Shown here: positions 26,972 to 41,100 of the stretch, in pieces | Position numbering within the stretch: the first letter of the stretch is position 1 | Layout of the letters: each line of letters starts with the position of its first letter | Assembly (NCBI GenBank): GCA_964016885.1 | Contig: OZ024745.1 | Location: 78,058,001 to 78,122,000 of the forward strand | Length of the DNA: 64,000 nt | Direction: 5' to 3' | Origin: Eledone cirrhosa | Taxonomy: Eukaryota | Notes under the pieces: generated by a model | The model's input: only the letters and a program-made list of their open reading frames with translations | What the model was told of the DNA's origin: nothing | The model's database searches: none | Program-made: the position numbers and the translations under genes

Positions 26972-29599
26972 GTGGGTTGGTGGAGGTGGGGTTCAACACG
27001 TCAACAATTCAATTGAATTTAATTGGTTAAAAATAGAAAATGTTCTTACCATTCATATTAACGGGCCACATGGTACTTTTAAAGTGTGGGGAGGGGGGGG
27101 GGCTATTAAGGTGGAGATCAATTATGTTGAAAGGTCAGTTTAGGTGTAGATATATAATTTTCCGTCTTGTGGTATGTGTGTATGTGGTATGTGTGTGAGT
27201 GTGTTTACCCTCATTTATCAAGGGGGCAAAAGTGTTTTTAGGGATTGTAGATAAAAGTAACCATAACAATATGAATATATATATATAAACATGATTGAAC
27301 GGAGCCTAGGGTGGGGGTGTTGCCAAGGTCGGGTTCCTGGAGGATTTATAGAAGAAAAGAAAGAGAATAGAAGAGAGAACAAACATTATTAATAATAATA
27401 TTAATATTAATAATATTTATAATATTAATAATATAAATGATAACATGTAAAATGAAATAAAAACTAAAAGAATAATTAAAATGAAAATAAACATAGAAAA
27501 TGGGGAGAGGAAGGGAGGAAGAAAAGAAAGAGAGAAAGGAAGGGCGGGAGAAAAGGAAGGAAATACAGGTCTTTAGTAGAGGTTTCCTTGGAGTTATGGT
27601 CTTTCCTTTTTTCTTGGTGTGTATGTGTGGTTGCAGGTGTTTGCATAGAGGTGCGTGTGTGAGTTGGTTATTCCCATCCATAGATCACAATGTATTGTCT
27701 AATGGGGATTAATGACGTATTTAATTTTTTTATTTTTATGTGGTTTGTATTTGTTAATGTATTGTTTTTCTTTATTTATTCTCTGTTGTTGATTGGAAGA
27801 GTCTGAGCATTGTAGAGTGGGAAAATGTTGAAGTTGGGTATATCTAATCTTGCACATGCTGCGATGTGGCTGCTGAAAGGGATTTGCCTCGTGGTTTCAT
27901 CACGGCTTTGTTGGCGGTGTAAGGTCATTCTTTTGTGTAATTTTGCAGGTATCCACAGCATGTAACCACATAGATTAGATTTTTCAAGTTGCAGGTGAAA
28001 TGTTTTATTCTGAAGGTTTGTCTATGCCTAAATATGAATTCTGGTCCTTCAGTTAGGTATAAGCAGGTAACACAATTCGTGTTACATTTTATAGCATAGT
28101 CGCAGTCCGATGACTGAAACCTTTAAAGGAAAAAGTATAAGAATCGTCTTTTTACATTAATCTGCCAACTTTGCAATGTTTTTTTCTCATTTATGTACTA
28201 TATTTAGATTGTGCATTTTCCATGTTTGATCTATAACTTTGACTGAAGTTCTTTACCACCTATTTTACAATATCCTTCAACATCGTTAGTTTTCATTTTC
28301 TTGTGGTTACGAATAGATATTTTTTTGGTGCTTATTTTTGCGTTATACGTATTCTATTTAATTCGTTTTCAAATTATTATTTCATTCATATACGCCTACG
28401 CTTCACTATCACTTTTATTATCATCACTATCTTACTTAGGTTTATGATTGCTATCACTATTATGATTACACTAATTCTCTTCTTCCTAAGGCTTCTAAAC
28501 ATCATCATAATCCTAATAAATGACTATCCCCTTCTTGATCTATTGATATCCTGTTGATATCAGATTTTCCATTACGATACCAATAATATGAATATGCTAT
28601 TTCTATTTTTTTTTAAATCACACCGTTCAATTCAATGACCTTTATTTCCATACGTAATTTCTACCAACATTAGCAATATTAGTAATACTTGGACCTTTCA
28701 AATATTATTATATACTTTGAGCCTTTAATGTATAATACACGTTGAAGCCTCCATTTATTGATCTATTAAACACGTGTAACTGGGATATGCAACTTCAACA
28801 TTTCCCGCCCCTTCTAGTCTACTTCATTTAGTATGTACGGTTAAGAAGATGTGTAAGAATTCCCCTCGGAGATAAGACAAACATCTGTTCCTGTTTTACT
28901 CAGTACTGCAAATCACACTTATTAATTTATGCCATATACGATGAGAGACTCCGAGCTAGCAAGACTGTCTCTTTGTGGAAACTAGACTGTGCTAAATAAA
29001 AAGGCATTAGATAATGTATTTCTAAATACCCACAAAATCAGGTTGGCTACGACCGAAATACCTTTAATCAGGGTTGCGCTAGCGTTTTAAATAACAAAAA
29101 CAACTTACAACAAGTCAAAATAGCTAAAGAGTCTTGGCCACAACTGATACACGTAACAGTCGGATATAACATTCGACCAGTGTGTTGGTTGTTCAGTACA
29201 CTGTTGACTCAACCAACCACACGCCCAAGAAACGCTGTCTAGTAAATAAGGTGAAAGCTAATGTACTGAAGGTCGTACGAAGAAACACTCAAGTAACTAA
29301 AATTTCTCTCTGAGAGAAAGAATAGAACACAGCGACAATTCTTCATTACCCTCAAGTTGATACTTAAGATTGAAAGATCCATTATCGTAGTTTCCATTTA
29401 TGCAACCTTTGCTTAAGCGTAAACATATTTTGCCAAACTGTACCTCAAAAATAAGGTTTCTTCTTCAAGATAAAAAAAGGTACTTCAGCCTTGATCAGTT
29501 GCAAATACTCTGCAAAGGCCAAGGAAGATCATTACTGCAACAAACACATACAGCCAAGATAAGGAAAAGAAAGTTGTTGTTGTTGTTGTTGTTGTTGTT

Positions 29600-30205
29600 C
29601 AGCAGATTCCGAAGGACACCGCCTGCATTCAGATGCTGAGTACGGCGTATTAGAATTCAATTTCACCGTAGCTCATGTTGACGATCTCGGACTTGAGTAG
29701 TTTGATCTACTAGATGTTCTCGGCAACAGACTCAACTGCACTTCCCAGATTCGCGTCGTCCAAGTACCAGACATTGAAGGGTGAGCGGTCTGAGTGGGCA
29801 ATATCAACAACAGCCAGCGTGAACAGGTGTGAGCCAACTAGGTCCCCTTGCTAAACACCTCTGGTGGAGGTGATCTATTTTTCAGCAGCCATGAGTGTGC
29901 TGGTTGTCCCATAAGAGACGTATGTGAGAGGGTGCAACAGGGGAGTACGTTTTAGACACGTCTCTAAAACGTGATCTCGCCTAATGCTGTTGAACGCGTT
30001 ACGCATGTCCAGCTTCACAAGAAAGTGAGGTGGAGAAGGAGGCTTGTGCTCTATGAAGTGTCCAGCCGCATGAGCAGCTGCCTAACATCCACACTTAACT
30101 CCCTCTCCGAGTTGGACAGGGCTGAATACCTCCTCAGATCGTCAACAACTGACCTGCTGGCTATCATGGTGGCATCGCCGAAACACGTTTCCCACTGTAA
30201 TGGAT
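29600..30205 (-). pseudogene. Decayed CRE-like non-LTR retrotransposon RT, next to (TTG)n
   Basis: Minus-strand PVQLGEGVKCGC*AAAHA, LVKLDMRNAFNSIRRD, QGDLVGSHLF and NVWYLDDANLG. Confidence 0.75.
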
Positions 30206-30490
30206 AATATGTCACCAAAATATGGAATATCTAAAAAGTAAAGAAATTCATCATTGAAGTCATTGACATAAGAGTCAATCAATTTCCTGGCATGTCTGTC
30301 GCCGAAGCATTGCTTGGTGTAAAATATAGTTGAACGATTTCTGCTACAGACTCAACCCAATTACTTCAGGTTCCAATGTTTTCGCTTGTCAAGTAAGTTT
30401 TATTATGCAGGCGTTTCCAAGCCAATCCTGTTTCGTCAATATTTATGTCTGGATAATCAAGATAACAATGACTTTCAACAATTTCTTTTG

Positions 30491-30677
30491 TGAATTGGCA
30501 GCATCGGTAGAGCGTCAAACACCATGCTTTACAGCATAGAGTTATGGCCCTTTACGTTCTGAGTTCAAATCCCGCCGAAGTTAACTTTGCCTTTCATCCT
30601 TACGGGGTCGATAAAATCAACTTTCCCCTTTCCCCAAAATTGCTGGCCTTGTGCCTATATAGGAAACCATTATTATT
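30491..30677 (+). mobile_element. tRNA-derived SINE (long variant with internal deletion)
   Basis: Segment between the two GGGGTCGAT motifs is missing. Confidence 0.85.
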
Positions 30678-31188
30678 TTTCCAACCCGGTAAGCTGTCTG
30701 TCTGTTCGCATTATCGTACCTGCAATTTTCTTCATAAAACTAAAGTTATTGATTCAACATTTGTGTATCGTTTTAAACCTGGCAAATCATTCAAACATTA
30801 TTTCGTAAGAATCTTCTATATTTTGAAATGTATATGTACTGTATGCCGCAGTAAACCGAATTCTTACAAGCAGCATTTAATATTGATGATAAATTTCCAA
30901 CCGCTTACAATCGAAAACTGCAATGTATCCCTATATACGCTGACACACATGTGTATGAGTGTGTGTGTGCGCACGTGTGGGTGTACAAACGAGAGAAAGC
31001 ATATTGAACGCTTTAGTGTATGAACTAAGAACTGCGGTAAGTCGATATTTTCTCAATGAAATGTGGTTTACACTTGATAGAGCGAGTTGGGTCATAGTAT
31101 TCCATTTCAGGTAACTCACGACGTCTATAAAAATGGGACAAAGTAGCCGATCCACAAGTATGTGTACTCATCGTCATCATTTTCACTA

Positions 31189-31282
31189 TCTTCTTCTTCT
31201 TCTTCTTTTTCTTCTTCTTCTTTTTCTTCTTCTTCTTCATTTTCTTCTTCTTTTTTTTCTTCTTCTTCTTCTTCTTCTTCTT
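31189..31282. repeat. (TTC)n microsatellite
   Basis: Directly visible. Confidence 0.95.
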
Positions 31283-31668
31283 ACTTCCCTCTACTTCTTC
31301 ATTACCAGACAAAGTGACTGATATTCAACAATTTATTAACATATTCCACCTCCTACCAAAAAATCCCACTATACTCGTTTAACTAGTTTGGAAGGAGTTG
31401 AAAGATAGGAAGCGGTGAAGTAGAAGGAGACGACGGCTACTTGGCAAAAGGAGGAAGGTGTTTTATGAGCTAAATCAAGGTAGCTAGCTTATATAGAAAA
31501 AAAATATGACGAGTTTTAAACAGACAAATACAGCTGAACCAGATCGACGGCGACACAGACTAGACATGTATCTAGCTCACTCATATCAACCACACATCTG
31601 CACACGCGCGCTAACACACACAAATGCACACAAACACACATACACACGCACATGCGTGAATATATATA

Positions 31669-31703
<35 letters not shown>

Positions 31704-31974
31704 CATTTGGCTTCACACACATAAGCCAGTAGTAACCAGTTATATATGTGTGTGCATGGTTGTGGGTTTTTGTATGTATGTATGTATGCGTGCTTGTCTG
31801 TCAGTATGTGTGGAAATTAATTGGGCAAAAAAAAATGCTATGCTTTTTCTCTCATTAATTAATTTAATCGTCAAACAAGAACATCTCATTTCTGTCTTGT
31901 TTTCTATTTCCTTTTAGAGTTTCTAATAGTGTTTAATTCCAATTTCTTAGTTTATATTTCATTTACCTCAAGAT

Positions 31975-32262
31975 TTCTGGTGTCTTTGGCACAAGGGCCA
32001 CCTCATTACTCACCACCTCCAGCCCAGTTGGCTACCCACGGCTGTGAGCCTTGCGAGCTGGAATAGCTCTTGCAGCGCGTCTCCTTCACCATCCTTTGGG
32101 GAAACGCCTTCTTTATTCTGTCCGCCGAGGCCACGGAGTGGCCAGCGCGTGGGCCCCCATTTGCTTATAAAAGTGAGAGATGAAGAGAGCGGGAGAGACG
32201 GCGGGAGAGACGGCGGCAGTGACAGTGAGAGTTTGGTTCCTTTGTGTTCGGACCTGATGTAT
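31975..32262 (+). mobile_element. Repeat family X, longest copy
   Basis: Matches the other X copies over its right about 175 bp; leftward extent uncertain. Confidence 0.65.
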
Positions 32263-32872
32263 ATGTTTACTTACCACCCCACATTAACAGTATATTTGAA
32301 AGTGTTCTAAATAAATCTGACTCAATGTGGAACCTTATTTGTTTTATTGCGTATTTGTTTGTATTTGATATCGGAGACGACGAAAATATATTTTTGGATA
32401 AAATAGTGTATTGAGAGTGAAATGTCGGATGTTGTGAAATTATGTAGTTTTGAATAATGTAGATATCTTTATTCTGTTGATTCAATCTGGGGGTAATAAT
32501 AGATGTTCTTAAATTTGTATACGCAAAATAGATGCAAATTAGACTAATGAGCGTGTGTTTTTAGTACAGATATTTTAGCTTTCCATGAAAAATAGAAATT
32601 GTCGTTAAACCACTTGTTTTGTTTTTTTCTCTATGAACATAGGTGAGATCGACCTGACGGGTTTTAGAGTGCTTTTGTTGTTTGTTTTGTTTATTTTTTA
32701 TTTAATTTTGTTTTGTTTGCGTTTCATCGGAGATAGGTTGCTCATTTTCCTGACCACAAAGAGAATAGAAACATGTAGCTATTTAAGTTATACATAAACT
32801 TGTATAAAATTAAATTGATCTGCCCTAACGTACATAACAATGTAAGTGTTGGTTGGTTACTTTAATAATTAG

Positions 32873-32998
32873 ATAATTGTTTCTACTTTTGGCACAAGGC
32901 CATCAATTGGGCGGGATTTGAACTCAGACCGTAAAGGGACGTAACTATGCTGGAAAGCATGGCGTCCGACCCTCTACCAATACTGCCAATCCACCGCC
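32873..32998 (-). mobile_element. Internally deleted tRNA-derived SINE
   Basis: Head and tail present, body missing; flank ttaataattagataat duplicated. Confidence 0.8.
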
Positions 32999-34776
32999 CT
33001 TTAATAATCCAATCCAAAACTGCCAATCCACCCACATTAATAATTAGATAATATGAGTATTACCGGCATTAGGATAAATCAATAATTTACTAACATGTGG
33101 TTTTAACAAACATATATATTTTAGCCTGACCATGAAAAGTAAATACTGTGATTTTCTCTCTATGGCTGGAAACCGAGATTTCTATTTTTCTGACCGCAGA
33201 AAATAAAATATATTTGTTAGTATGATCACCAAATTTAACCACAGTGTCTCCTTTTCAAGGTGAAGCTTTATGAAAACGTACTTATTTGTAAATGTAACTT
33301 ACATCTATGTATACGAGCGTCGTGTAGTGTTCCTATTAATTATAAATTTCTATAAGAAATATGTTTATCATGTGTCCCGAAATCTAGGATTTTGAAAATC
33401 AAATAGGTTTATATGCTGCCTTATTTATGGGGCACCATGTTATAAGTGCTTGTGTATAAGCACTCATACTTGTATGTAAGAGTCGTGTAAGTATTGTATA
33501 ACCTTCTGTTCTATTACATCACACTACTTTCCTACTTTCTCTTTCTTATTGCCAAATTTCTTTCAAATCGAACCCTACCGTCTTAAAAAAAGAACACATT
33601 GGATAATGTGGACATGCATTGCTCGAGCCTAAGAAATTATGAGATGGTCACGGTTGTAATGCCTTTTATCATATATCTGTGACTAACAACAACAAAAACA
33701 TCATCTCAATACACTTCGACCACTTGACGGTCAAAATGAGGTTTCTACTAAAATGGTCTCTGCTACTGTCAGCTTTCTGATTGTGTAAGGCACAAACTGA
33801 ATGCACTGTTTTCACAGGCCTATTCTATTCTAGTCTATTCTCTACCTATTGTACCTCATAACCTACATCCTGCACTGAACACGTGATACACTCTTTTCTA
33901 ACTAAAATACACCATCTTGGGGACTTCCGTTTCGCTTCTTTTTTTCTGAACCATTGACATAAAAAAAACGAATATAAACTAAATATTAACTGTATAAATC
34001 TTACTCAACTGTTCTTGTTTCCTTGAGAGGCAGAACACAGCCCCATACCTGCTCTTAACTATATAATAACACAACAGGTAAATAAAACATTCTCTCGAAT
34101 TCTATCAGTAGTCATTTAGTCTTTGTTTTCAGATATATTTTGATTTAAAATACGATGTTAAATATGTAGTAAACATTATATGATGGGGAGGTTGTTGAGT
34201 AAATTTGCCTCTCTTTCAAACACACACACACGCACCCCCCCCCCCACCCCCACCCCCACCCACACCCCCACACACACACACACAATCACACTCATACACA
34301 CACAATTTGTTTTGAATGTAGTTCAACTAATTTAAATGCCATAATGAGTAAATAGTGTATATTCTCGTGCTCATGACCTTCTTCTAAGTGGGGAATTGAG
34401 GTGAAGCGATTTTGTCACTTTACTAAAACTTGCCTGCTGCCAAAATGACAACACATTCTCTCTGCCAGTTGCTCAGACGAACAACAAGTTTCCGAAATGC
34501 TGGATGTTTTAATCCTTATGGCAGTTGAACTCACCGAACGCTTACACGAACTCTTCTTTGAAATACATTTTTGTTGAGGCAAAACATAACGGCCACCACG
34601 GATTCTGGATTTTACCCTTTCCTTAAGAATAGTTTACTACGACTGTTACCTTCTCTAGTATTAAGACAAACTAAAAGGTCATCAGCATATTCCGTTCATA
34701 AAACAAGACATTTCTCGTGTCTTAATTCATTGTATGGAGAACACTAGCTCCACCCATTCAAATATATTATTATTAT

Positions 34777-34956
34777 TGGCAGTATCGGTAGAAGGTCGGA
34801 CGCCATGCTTTCCAGCATAGTTACGTCCCTTTACGATCTGAGTTCAAATCCCGCCGAGGTTGACTTTGCCTTTCATCCTTACGGGGTCGATAAAATAAAG
34901 TACCAGTAATACACTGGGTAATTGTTGGCCTTGTGCCAAAAGTAGAAACAATTATT
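34777..34956 (+). mobile_element. tRNA-derived SINE
   Basis: Family match. Confidence 0.9.
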
Positions 34957-35149
34957 CTATAATCCCGTCCCTGATGTGAGGAATGGCAATAACTATTATA
35001 TATTAATCAACAATTAAAATAATTACGTTTTTGCTGAATGTCTTAAAATGAATTCGGTCATTTTCAAATCCCGTTATCACTTTTCCCAAAACGGTAATAC
35101 GAAATGCATTTCTTTCTAAACTAGAAATCAGTAGTCGTTTTTCAATTGA

Positions 35150-35213
35150 TTGTCTAACCCATGTTAGCGTGGAAGATGGACGTTAAATGGTGATGATGAT
35201 GATGATGATGATG
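35150..35213 (+). mobile_element. 3' tail fragment of an RTE-related SINE/LINE ending in (GAT)n
   Basis: tgtctaacccatgttagcgtggaagatggacgttaaa followed by (TGA)n. Confidence 0.55.
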
Positions 35214-35702
35214 TTCAATTTATGTTTGTGTATAGAAACGTGTGTGCTTACTGTATTAATGCGTCTCCCGGTTAAATACAACCACGTGGTTCACAGGTTA
35301 TTTAGCAAGATATCTAACCCGATTGCATTGAGTTAGACACTCACTTGTCATTGTTGCCGTTGTGCCAAAAGTAGAAACAATTATTATTATTATTATTAGA
35401 TACTGTATGGTATTGAACTGAAACTCTAAGTTTCACGATTCCGATCATTCTAACGGTTAGATTGATTGTTCAAATAAATAAACTGAACAATCTTAAACGT
35501 AAAAGTGATATCCTATGATACACAACAGTGAACACGCTTTGTCATAACAATAAACACATGCTTAGAATTCTAAACTACAATAAATAGACAAACTTGTATA
35601 TTAAAGGTTATTGTCATGTCAATAAATCAACCTTAACAATTACCTGTGCGCACACATCCATACACCTACGAAAATACAGTCAAACAGATACATGTAGAGC
35701 AC

Positions 35703-35744
<42 letters not shown>

Positions 35745-36595
35745 ACATGAGCTTGTGACGGTTAGTGTTACAAATGTTCTATATATATACAGAGTGCGCA
35801 CATTCTACTAGAATAAGTGTGTTCATTGTTGTGTAACGAAGGAAATCAAGAAGGTGTGACTATTGCTTTCTACCCAAAAGTTTTTGCTTTGAGGTTTTGA
35901 ATAAAGCGAGAAAATACTGAAACAATATAAAAACAATAAATTCGTGAGAAAACAAAAGAAAGCGTAACGGGGTAACGGGGATAAAAAAAAGGTGACAACA
36001 TTGATACGAGAAAAAATTTACATAAATGCATTCTTACACACATTCATACATATATGGTTATACTAATATGTATCCATGCGTACTAATTTACTTACAAATA
36101 TAATTCATCACATATTCATCAAAAACACAAAAATGTTCAAAATATATACACGTGGTTCACATACAATATTTAATACACAACCAAATGATAATTTCTCACC
36201 CTAGCAAACGACTACAAATTTGTATGGGAAGAATAATCAGAGAATTGTTTCAAAGATATGCTCGGTAAATGGTAATAGAAGACAGTCAACCATAACTCTT
36301 TAAGAAAACAAGAAAGACGGAATTAAATACTACGGGACATGTAGGTCGGCTCTCTAGCATTTATATTCTAGCATGTTTACACATACACACAAATATATGT
36401 CCTTTCTTTGTTCATTTTCTTAAGTTTATATATACAGTGTATCCCCGGCATTCGAATACATATAAAGACGCTAGAAACAAATATACATGAAATGGAATCC
36501 TCTTACATGAATAAAAACGTTTTAGCAAAATCAGCAATTAGTATAGCTGATCATGAGTGATTACTTATATGTCATTTCCCCCGTATGTTGAATAT

Positions 36596-36750
36596 CTCCG
36601 GGGAAACGCCTTCTCTATTCTATCGGTCGGGGCCGCAGGGCGACCAGTGCGTGGGCCCCCATTTGCTCACAATAGTGTGAGATGGAGAGAGTGGGAAAAA
36701 CAGAGGGAGTGACAGTGGGTGTTTGGTTCTTTTGTGTTCAGACCTGATAC
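36596..36750 (+). mobile_element. Repeat family X copy
   Basis: Matches the other X copies. Confidence 0.7.
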
Positions 36751-37459
36751 ATTATGCTGCGTAAATTAGATGTTACGACAGTGCGTTGTCAATATCAAGC
36801 GAATAAAACCAATTTTGACAGTAAAGAAATGAACTAAAATATAGTTGGTGCTTTTGTTATTATTGTTGTTACCAGAAAACTAAATTCGTTGTAATCAGAA
36901 TATAGGTTTTAAAATACCATCTGTTAGACAAAAAATCCGACTTTATTGTGTCTGTTGGTGGGGGGGGGGGGGGTTGAATGCGTAAAAGGAAAACTAAAAT
37001 ATATAATATACCAGTGTAAATAAAATTGCTTCAAGTTGAGATTAAATTCATATAGCAAACTTTTTGTGAATTGTTATTTCATAATCTCCATTATGGTTGA
37101 ATATATTGGCGTTTCATTTGATATTTTCACAATAACCCCTATTTTCTCACAGACTAGATCCCTCCCCAATTCCTCCTTTGGCTAAAGTTCCTCTCCTAGT
37201 CGCTCAATGTCTCCTGTTTGATAATCACTGCTCTAGAGCACTACCACGTGTAAATATCTCGTTTTACAGCATTTGCCACGCATTTTGTCATAATAGTGAT
37301 GTATTGCATCTGCTCGAGACAGGTACATAATCAAATTATGTACGACACATTACATTCAAGAAATTTCTAACATAAATACAATGATTCTCGTTTGGATAAC
37401 TGTTATAATTGATTAGACCGACCTCTATATTCAACTGGTATTAATTTTATCAATCCCAG

Positions 37460-37647
37460 GCGGTGGATTGGTAATATCAGTAGAGGGTCGGACGCCATGC
37501 TTTCCAACAAAGAGTTACGGCCCTTTATGGTCTGAGTACAAATCCCGCCGAGGTTAACTTTGCCTTTCATCCTTACGGGGTCGATAAAATAAAGTACCAG
37601 TAATGCACTGGGTAATTGCTGGCCTTGTGCCAAAAGTAGAAACAATT
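37460..37647 (+). mobile_element. Young SINE with 20-bp TSD, inserted into an older antisense SINE
   Basis: attaattttatcaatcccag at 37440-37459 and 37645-37664; rejoined flanks read as a degenerate SINE body on the minus strand. Confidence 0.88.
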
Positions 37648-37943
37648 AATTTTATCAATCCCAGAAGGGTGAAAGGCAGAATGGACATTCTTGATATTAA
37701 TGCGGCATTTCATTTGAAATGAGTTGAGAATATATCAATGTAAACATTAACTTCGACAACTTCTGTAGTTCTATAATAATACATAAGTATTATAATAATA
37801 TTGTTAACGTCTCCATAAATTGTTGAAAATTTTGAAATGCATTGTATTTCACTAAACACGGATCCTATGACTCCTAATAGAGTAGAAAAGAAAAGAAACC
37901 TCCTAACATATGGTATGTCTTGGAAAATATAATAATCCTGTTG

Positions 37944-38178
37944 CAGACCTGCCAACCTCTAAAAAGGCAAACGGGGAGTACCATGTTAAAAAGTGCCCCA
38001 ATGTTTTCTTTTTTTGTAACTTTTAATAAGATATTGGCACTCTTTAGCTCGCCATTGACTCCAATTTAGCACATTTACCATTGAAAGCTATACCCATTTT
38101 CACAAGAGAAGACATCTCTTACCCACCCCAAAGTGGGTGGGAGATCTCCCCGACGAACGGTGAGAGTTGGCAGGTCTG
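37944..38178 (+). mobile_element. MITE with CAGACCTGCCAAC TIRs and 6-bp TSD (CTGTTG), SINE-free copy
   Basis: Perfect 13-bp TIR; ctgttg on both sides. Confidence 0.88.
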
Positions 38179-41100
38179 CTGTTGGTTCCCATTCCTTTCC
38201 AAACGGCGAGAACGCGAGAGAGAACATAAATCAAGACCAATGCTACACCAGTACTTTATTTATCGATCCCGAAAGGATGAAGTGTACAATTGGGCTCGGC
38301 GAGATTTGATCTCAGTGTACAGACAACCAGAATGAATGCACTCTAACAATTCGCCGCCTTACCGTTCTAGATATTCCCATCTTATAACAATGAAGAGAAC
38401 AAGCTGGTGGTGTTAGGAGCGGTAATAAAGATATATTCCGATGAAAAGTCAAGATTAAGTTACAATTTTTGAAGATGACCAAAATGGAGTCAGTGTTGAT
38501 AAACGGTTAATTTTTATGCTAGTAAATCCAGAAGTTTTATTTATATATTAGTAGGGGTTTATGTTGGCGATAATAGGGAACTAGTGGTGTAAATGAGAGT
38601 TTAAGAGCTGAAAATGACGCTATTAATTTGTTTGGAGATAAAGTAGTTAATTAGATTTGTGTCATAGTGGTGTTTAGGGGTTTGTTTGTGGATATGAGAG
38701 CAATGTAAATGATTACAGGGATATGTTGGGCGAGAAGGAATGCGTTCAGTAACTTAAGATTGTCAAAGATTAAATAGTAATGGATCAATTACTTTACTAT
38801 GTTTAGATATGTTTTCAGTGTTCCTTTATCGTAAAATTGCCTAGAATATCACATGGGGTCTATCATGCTAAAGTTAATTACAAGCTATGTCTAAATGATG
38901 TGGAATAAGTTGGAAACTAAGATTTTAAAGTGTAATTCAAAATTTACAATTTACAGTATTCAAACGATGTATTTCAACATCATTGAATATTTTTTGAAAT
39001 CTTTAATTCATTATGTTTATGAATATTCAAGATTCCTTATGTCTTCACGTTCCTTGGTTGCCGTATCTACAAAGTCTGTATCAGTTTTACGTTGATAGAA
39101 AAACTTGACCTGGTAAAAAAAAAAGGTATTGTCATTTTAAAACACAGCGGCCCTAAATTACTCAAGAACAGATCTCAAACTTAGGTCAGAAGAAAAAGCA
39201 ACATTTTCTTGCCCACTGTAATTAATGCATTGGCTATTTATTCATTTTAGGTATCAATCATACTGACCAAAATAACATTTTAGTCCGCTTAGAATAGATA
39301 ATTCTCCACGGAAATATTTAGTTCGTCATAGATTGAAGGGCTCGTTAATTTGCAGTACTGTGTTCAAATACATGCATTCATATATATGAATAATAATGTT
39401 ATCTTATCAAATGTTAACCACCTAGTGCTAAACAACATCTAGCTCCTCCTTCGTTTTTAATAATATATGTTTTTCCTTTTATCTTATTAATATAGAAAGT
39501 ATAACAAAGAGCTGACTGAGAATTTCTCAAACCGAGTGTAACGGCTTTCTTTTTATAGTTGGACATAAATCAAATCATCAGACCACATTTAAAATGTGTC
39601 AATTGCTGTGTAAATGTGAAACTATGAAATTTGTGTGTTCAAGATAGTGTGTGTGTGTGTGTGTGTGTGTTTGTGTGTGTGTGTGCGTGTGTGTGTGCGT
39701 GTGTGTGCGCGCGCGTGCGTGTGTGTGTGTGTGCACATGTATACATTCACATTTAAGTTTTTACGCTTATTTAGGCGTATGTTAAATTACCGACAAATAC
39801 TGGGTGACTCTATCGATAGAATTAAATATTTATAAGGTTTGAATATCACAGTTAAGATCGTCTAGCATGTAAATGGAAATAAAAATTGACCATAACTTTA
39901 GATCTTCGCCGAACGTTCATCTGCATATATTATGGCGGCAAGACCACATGGCGAGACTCATCTCTCCCCGGGTATTTTAGTACAGACGAACATCGTAAAA
40001 TGATAGGAAATTTCTCAACTGTAAACATGACCAGTATCAAACATATATCAATAGGAATTTAATACATTAATGCAATCCAAAAAGCTAGTGCTACAGACCT
40101 ACGGATTTAGTTTAGATGTTAAATCACGAACATGATCTCCCATATAGTTCTTTGGTTTAACGTGAAATAGAGCCTAAGTAGAATCCTGTAAAGCTGAGAC
40201 AATCAAGTCATGTTAATGTTTTCATAAACTCTGATGCTAGTATATCATGTGTAATATTTATACGATTCCTTACCAATGTAAATTCTTCTGGAGTTAAAAA
40301 TCCTGCTTTAAGATATGTAAATACTTGCAATTATATATGAATTCACATTCAATAAGGTAGTAGTCCAATATCTTATCAGCGTGATAATCTCTGATTTATG
40401 CAAGTGATCATATACAATCAAATATGTTGCAAAGCAGATTCTATAACTAAATCAAATTAGTTCCACTCTTTATTCATGTAAATCTGTGTAGAATCCTTCA
40501 CTAAACAGCTTCGTTACCCAGGACTGTTACTCACGGTTGATATGTTGCCTCATGTGTGTCTAAAATATCAGTAGATTTCAACATCTGCGTGTGTGTAGTC
40601 AAATGAAATCAATAGGATTGTTATTTCTGTCAAAAATACTTCAGCTTGCCTGTCTTTATCCACCAAACGTTTTATTAAATGCATTCCAGCCGAATCTACA
40701 CCATCTTCTTGTATACCTAGGTAATTTTCTTTTACTACACAAAGATGTGACTTGAGGAAAATTTAGGTGCAATTTCTAGTAGCGGGTCGAGCAACTGTAC
40801 AGGGAGTCTTTCGGTGGATTTGAAACTAATAGTGTAGATTGAAACTAATAGTGTGATGAAAGCGAATCAAAAAGAATCATGGTCTTCGCTAGATAATCTA
40901 TTAGTGGTAAGCAATTGATCTAAATCAATGAATTTTTTTTATATATTCCCAGCAAAGGGCCATTTCATTTTCTTTATATATCTAGTGACCTTGAGAAAAG
41001 AATTAACATTATATAATGCCATTCACTCTATTCTACACATCATACTTGTGCTTATGTAAAATTTTGTAACAATTGTTATCCAGTATACTTAAGAAGTTCT

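Noticed and set aside
31025-31312. Poly-Lys ORF
   Set aside because: Reverse translation of a (TTC)n microsatellite
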